Shown: positions 50,528-59,803 of the stretch, in pieces
Numbering within the stretch: position 1 is the first letter of the stretch
Layout of the letters: every line of letters begins with the position of its first letter
NCBI GenBank assembly: GCA_963705305.1
Contig: OY970067.1
Span: 5,536,001-5,600,000, forward strand
Direction: 5' to 3'
From: an uncultured Methylomirabilota bacterium
GTDB lineage: Bacteria > Methylomirabilota > Methylomirabilia > Methylomirabilales > 2-02-FULL-66-22
Length of the DNA: 64,000 bases
Notes under the pieces: generated by a model
The model's database searches: none
What the model was told of the DNA's origin: nothing
What the model saw: the letters and a program-made list of their open reading frames with translations, nothing else
Position numbers and translations under genes: made by a program

Positions 50528-51109
50528 ATGAAGACGGACACTCCTTCATCTCCGACGACTCTGGAACGGGCCGGGTCCGTCCATCCGGATGGATCCCGGT
50601 TGCCGGCGGGGTCTTCGAGCCCGACCCTGAATTCTGAGAGCGTTTCCGGCGCTCTCAACGCCGCCCAAGTCCGCGCGGTGGCGGCCGCGCTCCGAACGTT
50701 GGAGTACGCACTGGATGAGGTCGAGCGCCTGCTGGCCTCGACCACTTCAGGGGTCACGATCCGCTGGCGAGTCGACCTGACCGTCGAGGAGCACCGCCTC
50801 CTCCGGCAACTCACGGCCCAACTCCGGGGGCGGCTGGCCGTCGCCTGCCTCGACCTGGGAATCGGCGCCGACGAACGGTCTGTTCGAGGCGCGATCCGGG
50901 GAACCCTGGCGGTCCTATGGGCCACACTCGAGGACAGTCGGGCAGTGAGTCTCCGCAGCTACGGTCCGCTTCCGGCCGGGGCGGGCTTGGGCCTGGATGC
51001 GACGATGGCGGCGCTCGCGGCGGACGTTGGCCGGATCCTTCGGATAGTGGAAGGAACGGAAGCAGGAGCGCGGGGCCGAGACCGGGGTGCCGCCGGCGCG
51101 GAGGCCTGA
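50528..51109 (+). CDS. Hypothetical helical protein
   Basis: Coupled ORF; LWATLEDSRAVSLRSYGPL motif. Confidence 0.7.
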   Translation: MKTDTPSSPTTLERAGSVHPDGSRLPAGSSSPTLNSESVSGALNAAQVRAVAAALRTLEYALDEVERLLASTTSGVTIRWRVDLTVEEHRLLRQLTAQLRGRLAVACLDLGIGADERSVRGAIRGTLAVLWATLEDSRAVSLRSYGPLPAGAGLGLDATMAALAADVGRILRIVEGTEAGARGRDRGAAGAEA

Positions 51110-51113
51110 GGAG

Positions 51114-51908
51114 ATGGACTTCGGAACCTTCGACGGCTTCTGGCATAGGCTCGCCCGGACGCGTCTGCACATGCCCGAGGTGTCGGACCTCGAGGCTGTC
51201 CTGGGACAGGCGATGGGCGCGTGGCGAAGCTGCGTGGTTTGCAACCTTCTCTGGGAGCGGGCCTTTGACCTGACCTCGCGCTGGCAGCAGCTCCTCGCTT
51301 CTGACGCCGCCGCCCAGGCGGACTTCCTGTGCGGGCAGACTTGGTGCAACCGGCATGCCTGGTTCTTCAGCCAGATGATGGCCCCGGTGTCCCAGGCGCG
51401 CTTGCAGCGCCGACTGCACGAGGAGGTGGCGGCCCGGATTCGGGAGCACCTCCAGTCCATCCCGGAGCGTCCGATGGGCGGGGACGCCCGCACGATTCTT
51501 GAATCGCTCATCGGCAGGCGTACCTGTCCCCTGTGCGACGACGAGTCCGCCTTGCTGACGCTGGTCCTGGCCGCGATAGTGCGCGGCCTGACCGCGGGAT
51601 CGCTCCGGCCGGCCTTCGCCGCATCCGCCGGCTGCTGTCTCCCCCATCTGGCCGCCCTGCTGTCCCGCGTCGCCCACAGCGACACCGCCCGTTTCCTGTT
51701 GGAGGCGACCCAGGATCGCCTGGCACGGCTGACGGCGGAGTTGGACTACTACCAGGCGGAGAGCGAAAGCCGGCGGCGGCGGTACGAATCGGCCGCCGAC
51801 GCCCCGGCCCGGGCCCTAGCCGCCTGGGCGGGCCTGCGGGACATGGTGCGGGATTGGGAGGGGACACCGACCGAGTCCCGCCCGCAGCCGGAAGGAGTTA
51901 CGCCGTGA
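51114..51908 (+). CDS. DUF6062-like Cys/His-rich protein
   Basis: CVVC..WCNRH and CPLC..CCLPH; same architecture as 39510-40364; GAGGAG RBS. Confidence 0.7.
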   Translation: MDFGTFDGFWHRLARTRLHMPEVSDLEAVLGQAMGAWRSCVVCNLLWERAFDLTSRWQQLLASDAAAQADFLCGQTWCNRHAWFFSQMMAPVSQARLQRRLHEEVAARIREHLQSIPERPMGGDARTILESLIGRRTCPLCDDESALLTLVLAAIVRGLTAGSLRPAFAASAGCCLPHLAALLSRVAHSDTARFLLEATQDRLARLTAELDYYQAESESRRRRYESAADAPARALAAWAGLRDMVRDWEGTPTESRPQPEGVTP

Positions 51909-51990
51909 CCGCTCCGCTCGAACCAAACAGGGGGCGGTGGGCAGCCGACGAAGCCCTCGCTTCCGCTGATGTCCCCCACGGGATGCGACG

Positions 51991-53247
51991 ATGAACGATC
52001 TCAACGGGAAGGCCGCTGTCGTCTCATCGGTTCCGGCCGATGACCGGTGGTTGAATCGCAATGTCGCGGGGATGGGGATCACCAGCCTGCTGAGCGATTG
52101 GGGACACGAGATGGCCACGGCAATCCTCCCCGGGTTTCTGGCCGCCATCGGCGCTCCGGCCGCGGCCCTGGGCGTCATCGAAGGGGTGGCCGACGCCGTG
52201 TCCAGCTTCGTGAAACTCGGCGCCGGATGGTACACGGATCGGATCGGCCACCGGAAGGTCATCTGCGTAGGCGGTTATTTCCTGACGGGGGTCTCGCAGG
52301 CCATCTTTGCGTTTGCATACAGCTGGCCGCTGGTGCTCGCCGGCCGGACCCTCGGCTGGCTCGGTCGGGGCGTCCGCAGCCCTCTGCGGGACGCCATCCT
52401 GGCGGAGTCCGCGTCCGAGGAGGCGCGTGGGAAGGCCTTCGGCTTTCACCGGGCGGGCGACACGCTGGGCGCTGTTATTGGACCTCTCTGCGCCGTGGGG
52501 CTTCTGGCCCTGCTCCAGGGGCACGCCACCGGCGATCCCTCGTCACCCTTTCGTCTGGTATTCCTCCTGACCATCATCCCGGGTGTCGGATCGGCCCTGG
52601 CCTTCGGCACGGCGGTCCGCGAGCGGCGGCGCGCCCCGAACCGCGGGGTCCGGCTCTGGGCTACGATCCGTAGCCTGCCCCGGGCCTATCGGCGCTGGCT
52701 GGCGGGGGTGGGGATCTTCGGCATCGGGGACTTCGCGCACACCCTGATGATCCTGGCGGCCACGGAACTCCTCACCCCGGCGTACGGCGTGGTGGCGGCG
52801 GCCCAGATGGCTGCCCTGTTCTATGTGGTGCGGAATGTCCTGTACGCCGCCGCCTCTTACCCGATCGGCGCCTTGAGCGACCGCCTGGGTCGCCTCGGGA
52901 TCCTGGTGCTCGGGTATGTCGTCGGCTCCCTGACGGCCGCCGGCCTCGTGGCCGCCTTCGCCTTCTCCTGGCGCCACCCCGTCTACCTTCTCGGGCTCTT
53001 CTGCCTGGGCGGAATCTACATCGCGGCCGAGGATGCCCTGGAGGGCGCCATGACCGCCGACTTCGTCCCTGCCGCGGAATGGCGGGGGATCGCGTACGGG
53101 GTGCTGGGGACGGTCAACGGCGTCGGGGACCTGGCGGCCAGCGTGATCGTCGGCGTCCTCTGGACGGCGGTCTCGCCGGTCCTCGCATTCGCCTATGCGG
53201 CGGCGGCAATGGGCGCGGGCGCCCTGGTTGTCGCCCGCCCGTGCTGA
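51991..53247 (+). CDS. MFS transporter
   Basis: SLLSDWGHEM, GVIEG.AD, GRGVRSPLRD, GKAFGFHRAGDTLGA, G.LSDRLGR. Confidence 0.9.
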   Translation: MNDLNGKAAVVSSVPADDRWLNRNVAGMGITSLLSDWGHEMATAILPGFLAAIGAPAAALGVIEGVADAVSSFVKLGAGWYTDRIGHRKVICVGGYFLTGVSQAIFAFAYSWPLVLAGRTLGWLGRGVRSPLRDAILAESASEEARGKAFGFHRAGDTLGAVIGPLCAVGLLALLQGHATGDPSSPFRLVFLLTIIPGVGSALAFGTAVRERRRAPNRGVRLWATIRSLPRAYRRWLAGVGIFGIGDFAHTLMILAATELLTPAYGVVAAAQMAALFYVVRNVLYAAASYPIGALSDRLGRLGILVLGYVVGSLTAAGLVAAFAFSWRHPVYLLGLFCLGGIYIAAEDALEGAMTADFVPAAEWRGIAYGVLGTVNGVGDLAASVIVGVLWTAVSPVLAFAYAAAAMGAGALVVARPC

Positions 53248-53255
53248 GGACTGCG

Positions 53256-54269
53256 ATGCGCCTGGAAAATCTGGCGGCGGGATTGGACGATCTCTCGCGC
53301 AACCGGGAGGCGCTCGCCCTGTTGATCCTGCAGGGCGAACGGGCGGTCCCGGCCCTGGCGCGGATGCTCCTGGGGCCGCCCTCCTCTATCCCGGAGGCGC
53401 GCTGTCTCGCCGCGGAGGGCCTCGGATCGATCGGAGGGGAGGCGGCCGTCAGCGCCCTGATCCGGGTCCTCAGCCTGCACGATCCCCGACGGCTCGACCC
53501 GGTCCTCCGCCTGGCGGAGGAGGCGGTACAGAACCGGGCCGCAGAGCAGCTCGGCAGGATGGGAGACCGGCGGGCCGTCGAGCCGCTGCTGTACGGTCTG
53601 GCACAGGACGGGCTCCGCGAGGCGATGGGCGCGCTGGCCAGGCTCCGGGAGCCGCGGGCCATCCCCCACATCGTTCGGCGCCTGGAAGATCCGTGCGACC
53701 GCGCGGCAGCCGCGGACGCGCTGCTGGCATTCGGCAGCACGGCGGTTCCGGCCCTGACGGCGACACTGACCGAGCAGCACCCCTCTTCCGAGGATGAATC
53801 GCCCATGAGCGCGGAGCGACGCGCCGAGGCCGCACGCCTTCTCGGTACGCTGGGAGCTTCGCAGGCCCTGGAGGCGCTCCGGTCCCGCCTCGATGATCCG
53901 GCTGCGGCTGTCCGGCTCGAGGCCGGCCTCGCACTGGCGGCCCTCACCGGTGGCGACACACCCGATCGGGCGCTGGCGGTCATCGCACAGGGGCTGAACC
54001 ATCCTGGCCCACCGACGGCCCTGCGGTGCATGGACGCAGCTGTCGAGGCCGCCGACCGGAGTATTCCCCATCTCCTTTCTGTCGCTCCACCGAGACGGAC
54101 CGCGGCAGTCGGTCCGCGCCGTCCGGGGGATGATGCGCTCCAGGTGAGCGTGATCGAGACCTTGGAGCGGATCGGCTCGGAAGCAAGCACACGGGCTATC
54201 GAGGAATTCCTTCACGACCGGAGCCCCCTCGTGCGCGAGCGAGCACAGCGGGCGCTGCGGCATCCTTGA
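53256..54269 (+). CDS. HEAT/PBS-lyase repeat protein
   Basis: Repeated AAE.LG..G...AV..L units. Confidence 0.85.
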   Translation: MRLENLAAGLDDLSRNREALALLILQGERAVPALARMLLGPPSSIPEARCLAAEGLGSIGGEAAVSALIRVLSLHDPRRLDPVLRLAEEAVQNRAAEQLGRMGDRRAVEPLLYGLAQDGLREAMGALARLREPRAIPHIVRRLEDPCDRAAAADALLAFGSTAVPALTATLTEQHPSSEDESPMSAERRAEAARLLGTLGASQALEALRSRLDDPAAAVRLEAGLALAALTGGDTPDRALAVIAQGLNHPGPPTALRCMDAAVEAADRSIPHLLSVAPPRRTAAVGPRRPGDDALQVSVIETLERIGSEASTRAIEEFLHDRSPLVRERAQRALRHP

Positions 54270-54287
54270 AGGAGAGATAGGCTCCCC

Positions 54288-55823
54288 ATGGCTTTCCACA
54301 GCATACTCTTCAAACGGGCCGAGGACACGCCAACGCAGGACACAATCCAGCCGCCGGTCTTCTGCGTTGACTTGAATCTTGATCAGATCATAAACGCCGT
54401 CACCGCCGGCAGGCAGGAATACAACCTGAAGCCGTATTTCTACACTCCCTTGAGGCAGAAGGACGCGATTGCCTACCGGCATGAAGTATTCCGGGATCTC
54501 GAAGATCCACACCTGCTCGAGAGCGTCGAGTCGTTCGCCCGGAGCATGCGGGTCATGCGCGACCATCTCGCCCAGGCGGAAAAGCTTTATTACACGTATC
54601 AGAAGGAACGCTGGTTCCTGGAGGCGGTGGAGATCTATTGTGACGCGGTGAACCGCCTGATGCAGGAGCTTGCGCTGGTCGACCTGAAATCGCGAGGTTT
54701 TCTGGGCTTCCGGGATTACCTGGCAACGTACGCCCGGTCCGAGGGTTTTACCGCCCTCCTGGCGGACACGAAACAGCTCCTGGCCGACCTGTCTTCCATC
54801 CGCTACTCTCTGATCATCAAGGGGACGTCCGTCACGGTCTGGAAATACGAATCGGAATCCGACTACAGCGTAGACGTTGAGCGGACCTTCGAAAAATTCA
54901 AGCAGGGGGCACCCAAGGACTACCGGGCGAAATTTTCCAGCTCGCCGCAGATGAATCATGTGGAGGCGGCGATTCTGGATCTGCTCGCCAAGCTGTATCC
55001 CGACATCTTCCGACATCTTGACGTGTACTGCGCGAAGAACGCCGAGTATCTGGACGCAACGCTCGCCACCTTCGACCGTGAAGTGGAGTTCTACCTGGCC
55101 TACCTGGCGCATCGCGGCATCTTCACCCGAGCGGGATTGCCGTTTTGCTACCCGGAAGTCTCCGACTCCTCCAAGGACGTCTATGAGCACGAGGGGTTCG
55201 ATCTGGCGCTGGCCGACAAGCTCGTCAAGGAAAAGGCCTCCGTTGTCTGCAACGACTTCTACCTGAAAGACAAGGAGCGCATCCTCGTCGTCACGGGTCC
55301 GAACCAGGGCGGGAAGACCACTTTCGCCCGCGCCTTCGGCCAGCTGCATTTCCTGGCCAGCATCGGCTGCCCGGTGCCGGGCAGGGAGGCGCAGCTCTTT
55401 TTGTTCGACAGGCTCTTTACCCATTTCGAAAAAGAAGAGGACATCCGAAATCTCCGGGGCAAGATGGAAGATGACCTGATCAGGATTTCCGAGATTCTGG
55501 CCCAGGCAACCTCGAACAGCATCGTCATCCTGAACGAGAGCTTCACGGCGACGACGTTGAGCGATGCGATCTTCTTGAGCACTCGAATCCTGGAACGAAT
55601 CCTCCAGCTCGACCTGCTGTGCGTCTGCGTGACCTTCATCGATGAATTGGCGTCGTTGAGCGAGAAGACCGTCAGCGTGGTCGCGGGGGTCGCGCCCGAC
55701 AATCCGGCAGTGCGGACGTACCGAATCATGCGACGGCCCGCGGACGGCGTGGCGTACGCACTGTCTATCGCCGAGAAGTACCGGCTCACGTACGAGTCCG
55801 TCAAGGAGCGCATCCGGCCATGA
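54288..55823 (+). CDS. MutS-related ATPase (domain V only), copy A
   Basis: TGPNQGGKTT, FTHFEKEED, ILNESF.AT; no mismatch-binding domain I. Confidence 0.88.
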   Translation: MAFHSILFKRAEDTPTQDTIQPPVFCVDLNLDQIINAVTAGRQEYNLKPYFYTPLRQKDAIAYRHEVFRDLEDPHLLESVESFARSMRVMRDHLAQAEKLYYTYQKERWFLEAVEIYCDAVNRLMQELALVDLKSRGFLGFRDYLATYARSEGFTALLADTKQLLADLSSIRYSLIIKGTSVTVWKYESESDYSVDVERTFEKFKQGAPKDYRAKFSSSPQMNHVEAAILDLLAKLYPDIFRHLDVYCAKNAEYLDATLATFDREVEFYLAYLAHRGIFTRAGLPFCYPEVSDSSKDVYEHEGFDLALADKLVKEKASVVCNDFYLKDKERILVVTGPNQGGKTTFARAFGQLHFLASIGCPVPGREAQLFLFDRLFTHFEKEEDIRNLRGKMEDDLIRISEILAQATSNSIVILNESFTATTLSDAIFLSTRILERILQLDLLCVCVTFIDELASLSEKTVSVVAGVAPDNPAVRTYRIMRRPADGVAYALSIAEKYRLTYESVKERIRP

Positions 55824-57322
55824 AGGCGTTTCTCATGTTTCGGGATCGCGATTTCGACCTCCAGGAGGCATTGCCTTGGAACGAGCAGGCCTTGACCCAG
55901 GATCTCGAGCTGGGGACGCTGTTCGATGCCATAGCCTGCCAGGACAAGCTGATCTGGGAGGTGGTCCGAAGGGCCATGCTACGGGGCGTGGAGGACGTGG
56001 ATACCATCCTGTACCGTCAGGATATCCTCAAGGACTGCCTGAACGATCCTTCCGTGGTCCGGACGATGTATGCGATCGCCGGGGAGGCGATTGACGCCGA
56101 GCGGAAGGTGTGGTGGAGCTTTTTCCGAAATTCCCCGTCCGCGCTCCTGCACCGGTCGATCGAGGTCCTGACGCTGCTCGTCCGCGCGCTGAAGCAGCTG
56201 AGAAGTATCGCCGATGCGCACGCCCACACCTGTACTTCCGCCGGCCTGACGCGGTTGTTCAGGATGCTCGCCGCCGAGCTGGAGGACGAGTACTTCGCCC
56301 GCGTGGAGAGCCATCTGGGGGAGCTGAGCTTTCGGGACGGGGCGCTCATCAGCGCGGAATTGGGGCAGGGGAACAAAGGGACCGATTACCGGCTGCGGAA
56401 GCAGCCGGAAAAGAAGAAGCAGACCTGGATGGGGCGACTCTTCGGACCAAAACCGCTCGCCTACACCTATCACATCCCCGAGCGCGACGACAGCGGCCCG
56501 AGGTATCTCTCCGAGCTGCAGGACCGGGGCATCAACCTCGCCGCGAACGCGGTGGGCCAGTCGGCGGATCACATTCTCAGCTTCTTCGCCATGCTGCGCA
56601 CCGAGCTGGCCTTCTACGTCGGCTGTGTGAACTTGCACGAGCACCTGGTCCGATTGGGCCAGCCAACCTGCTTTCCCGTGCCCGTGCCCTCCGGCAAGCG
56701 GAGCCACTCGTACACGGAATTGTACGACGTGTGTCTCGCGCTCAGCATGGGGCGGAGCGTGGTGGGGAATGACGGGACCGCCGACGACAGAGAGCTCGTG
56801 ATGATCACGGGCGCGAACCAGGGCGGAAAATCGACATTTTTGCGGAGCATCGGAATCGCCCAGCTGATGATGCAGTGCGGGCTGTTTGCGCCGGCGGATG
56901 CCTTCTGTGCGAACATCTGCACGGGCCTGTTCACGCACTACAAGCGGGAAGAGGACACGACCATGCAGAGCGGAAAATTCGATGAAGAGCTCAGCCGGAT
57001 GAGCGAGATCGTAGAGCATCTGAGGCCCGACGCCATGCTGTTGTTCAACGAATCGTTCGCGGCGACAAACGAGCGGGAAGGCTCGGAGATCGCCCGGCAG
57101 ATCGTGAGCGCCTTGCTGGAGCGGCGCATCAAGGTCTTCTTCGTGACCCACCTGTACGACCTTGCCCACCGGTTTTTCGCCAAGAGCATGGAGAGCGCCC
57201 TCTTTCTGCGCGCGGAGCGGCAGGCCGACGGAACGCGAACCTTCAAGTTGACCGAGGGCGAGCCGCTCGAGACCAGCCATGGCGAGGACCTGTATGTGCG
57301 CATATTCGGAGGCGCCAATTGA
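55820..57322 (+). CDS. MutS-related ATPase (domain V only), copy B
   Basis: TGANQGGKSTF, FTHYKREED, LFNESFAATN, VTH, SHG; ATGA overlap with copy A. Confidence 0.88.
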   Translation: MKAFLMFRDRDFDLQEALPWNEQALTQDLELGTLFDAIACQDKLIWEVVRRAMLRGVEDVDTILYRQDILKDCLNDPSVVRTMYAIAGEAIDAERKVWWSFFRNSPSALLHRSIEVLTLLVRALKQLRSIADAHAHTCTSAGLTRLFRMLAAELEDEYFARVESHLGELSFRDGALISAELGQGNKGTDYRLRKQPEKKKQTWMGRLFGPKPLAYTYHIPERDDSGPRYLSELQDRGINLAANAVGQSADHILSFFAMLRTELAFYVGCVNLHEHLVRLGQPTCFPVPVPSGKRSHSYTELYDVCLALSMGRSVVGNDGTADDRELVMITGANQGGKSTFLRSIGIAQLMMQCGLFAPADAFCANICTGLFTHYKREEDTTMQSGKFDEELSRMSEIVEHLRPDAMLLFNESFAATNEREGSEIARQIVSALLERRIKVFFVTHLYDLAHRFFAKSMESALFLRAERQADGTRTFKLTEGEPLETSHGEDLYVRIFGGAN

Positions 57323-57427
57323 GCTCGGAAGGGCGCGTATGCGGCCACATGGCTGCGGAATGGTCCACAGGCCGCAGAGGAGCTACGTTGTAGGTCGACG
57401 CGCCGATCGGCACAAGGTGCGACGCGA

Positions 57428-58384
57428 ATGCCCCACATCGGGACGATCACCATGCGGAAAGGAGCCGGTAAGTGTCCGGCGCTCGGCTGGGTCGCCGTCG
57501 CAGCGGGGGGGCTGCTCTTGGCCCTCGTGGCCGCGCAGGGTTCGGGTGGGCAGGCGAGCGGCCGACCCGCAGTGCGCCTGGTGGTGTCTATCCCAACGCC
57601 ACTCGAGGCGGCGATCTTCGGGCTCTTTGGCTTGGCCGCCCTCTTCGTCCTGTGGCTGCTGATGCCCCGACATCTCCGACATGGAAAGAAAGACCCGGAT
57701 GCCATCGAGATGGTCTACGAGAACCCGAAGATCTCGCCCTGGTTCACCGTCGGCATGCTGGTCCTGAGCGCCGCGCCCTTGGCGCTGGTGGGGTATCTCC
57801 TCTGGCGCGGGTGGCCGCCCTTTGAGAAGGGGGTCGCTCGCGTCTCCCTTGCGGCCGGATTTTCCGCTCCCGGGGCTCCCCTCCACCAAGGGAGCGTCGT
57901 GCCATATGCGTCGGAGCCATGGTTCAGCGGCGTGGTCACGGTTCTGGCACTGGTGGTGGGAGCGGGGTGTCTGGCGGCGACCCTCTGGATCCTCTTCGGC
58001 GATCGCCTGATCGGGACGTGGAAAGGCCTGACGCCCCGGACCTCCGAGCCGCTGCTGGAGGCGATCGACGACAGCCTGGAGACCCTCCGACAAGAGTCGG
58101 ATGCCCGCCGGGCGATCATCCGGTGCTATCGGCACTTCGAGCATGCCCTGACCCGACGGGGACTGCCGCGCGATCCCTGGGAAACCCCGACAGAGTTCAT
58201 GCGGAAAGCCTTGGGCCGCCTCCCGCTCCCGCCGGAGATCGTGAAGGGTCTCATCGACCTGTTTCACCTGGCGCGCTTCAGCGATCACCCATTGGGGCCG
58301 AGGGAGCGCAACGTCGCAGTGGACTCGCTGGTGGAAATCCGCACTGCACTGGAAGGGGAGACGGCCCATGCTTCCGCCGTCTGA
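57428..58384 (+). CDS. DUF4129-like membrane protein
   Basis: TM segments followed by DARRAIIRCY..E, ETPTEF, LF.LARFS; start may be 57452. Confidence 0.75.
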   Translation: MPHIGTITMRKGAGKCPALGWVAVAAGGLLLALVAAQGSGGQASGRPAVRLVVSIPTPLEAAIFGLFGLAALFVLWLLMPRHLRHGKKDPDAIEMVYENPKISPWFTVGMLVLSAAPLALVGYLLWRGWPPFEKGVARVSLAAGFSAPGAPLHQGSVVPYASEPWFSGVVTVLALVVGAGCLAATLWILFGDRLIGTWKGLTPRTSEPLLEAIDDSLETLRQESDARRAIIRCYRHFEHALTRRGLPRDPWETPTEFMRKALGRLPLPPEIVKGLIDLFHLARFSDHPLGPRERNVAVDSLVEIRTALEGETAHASAV

Positions 58385-58850
58385 TCCGCGCTGGTGGAGA
58401 TTCTTTCTGGGGTACCTCCTCTTCGCTGGGCTGCTAGCCCTGGCCCTGACGCCCCTCTATTTCTTGGCGGAGCCTACGCACCGACCGCTGGTCGTCCGCC
58501 TTGGCGCCACCCTGCTTGCCGTGAGCGTCTTGGTCCACCTCCGACGGTTCGTCCGGGCGGCGATCACGTCGCAACCCGCCTCGGCCTTCGACCGGGCGCT
58601 CCGGCCGCTGCCGCCCGAGCGCCACATCGCACCTCTCTTCCTGAAGCTCCGGAACGAGCTGCGGTTCAGCAGAGCCGATTTCGGGTACTTCCAGCGAAAC
58701 CTCTGGCCTCGGATCCTCCGTTTGTCGCGGAGGCGGGTCGGGGGCTCCCTGTCAAAGGCGCCTGAGATGCCGCGGGGAGGATTCTTCCGGCGGGGGCCGT
58801 CGCTGGCTGCCTTTCGCCAGCTTATCTCGCAGATCGAGGAGCGTCCATGA
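58368..58850 (+). CDS. Hypothetical membrane protein of the MoxR module
   Basis: Two TM helices; overlaps both neighbours. Confidence 0.7.
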   Translation: MLPPSDPRWWRFFLGYLLFAGLLALALTPLYFLAEPTHRPLVVRLGATLLAVSVLVHLRRFVRAAITSQPASAFDRALRPLPPERHIAPLFLKLRNELRFSRADFGYFQRNLWPRILRLSRRRVGGSLSKAPEMPRGGFFRRGPSLAAFRQLISQIEERP

Positions 58851-59803
58851 AGCTGGAAATGGTGGCCGATCGCTGCCGGGAGATCCTGGCAACTCTCTCC
58901 CGGGTGATCGTCGGCAAGGAGGCGGTACTCCAGCGGATCCTGGCGGGAATCCTGTGCAACGGGCACGTCCTGATCGAGGACTACCCCGGCCTGGCCAAGA
59001 CCCTCATCGCGCAGCTCTTCGCCCAGACGTTGGATCTCGGCTTCAAGCGCATCCAGTTCACCCCGGACCTCTTACCGAGCGACATCACCGGCAGCTTCCT
59101 CTACGACCAGCGTCAGGGGCAATTCGAGTTCCGGCGAGGGCCTATCTTCACGAATCTGCTCCTGGCGGATGAGATTAACCGGGCCACCCCCAAGACGCAG
59201 GCCGCCATGCTGGAGGCGATGCAAGAGGCCCAGGTGACTGTGGAGGGGGAACTCTTCGCTCTGGAGCCGCCATTCCTGGTGATCGCCACCCAGAATCCGA
59301 TCGAGCTGGAGGGGACCTATCCCCTCCCCGAGGCGCAGGTGGACCGGTTCCTCCTGCGACTGGCCGTGGGGTATCCGACCCCTGAGGAGGAGCGGGAGAT
59401 CCTCGTGCGGCGCCGCGAGCGGCGGACGGATGCTGCGTCCGTCCCCCGTGTGATCTCCCGAGCGGAGATCCTGGCCATGCAGGCCGCGCTGGAGGAGGTC
59501 TTCGTGAGTGAGGCCATCGAGCGCTACATCGTGGACCTAGTCCAGGCCACACGGGGCGACGCCCGGGTGGCGCTCGGCGCCTCGCCGCGGGGGGCACTGG
59601 CGCTCCTCAAGCTGGCCCGGGCCGAGGCGGTTCTGGCGCGGCGGAACTTCGTGATCCCGGATGATGTGAAGGGGATGGCGGTCCCAGCTCTGGCCCACCG
59701 GCTCATCCTCAAGCCCGAGCTATGGGTGCGCAAGATCTCGGCGGAGCAAGTCCTCACCGATCTACTGGCAGAGGTACCGGCTCCTGCCACGGAGAGCCGA
59801 TGA
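58847..59803 (+). CDS. MoxR family AAA+ ATPase
   Basis: PGLAKT, RIQFTPDLLPSD, ADEINRA, ATQNPIE.EGTYPLPEAQ.DRF, SPRG. Confidence 0.93.
   Translation: MKLEMVADRCREILATLSRVIVGKEAVLQRILAGILCNGHVLIEDYPGLAKTLIAQLFAQTLDLGFKRIQFTPDLLPSDITGSFLYDQRQGQFEFRRGPIFTNLLLADEINRATPKTQAAMLEAMQEAQVTVEGELFALEPPFLVIATQNPIELEGTYPLPEAQVDRFLLRLAVGYPTPEEEREILVRRRERRTDAASVPRVISRAEILAMQAALEEVFVSEAIERYIVDLVQATRGDARVALGASPRGALALLKLARAEAVLARRNFVIPDDVKGMAVPALAHRLILKPELWVRKISAEQVLTDLLAEVPAPATESR

Noticed and set aside
54288..57322. Canonical mismatch-repair mutS or mutS2
   Set aside because: Too short, no domain I or Smr domain, and no mutL nearby.
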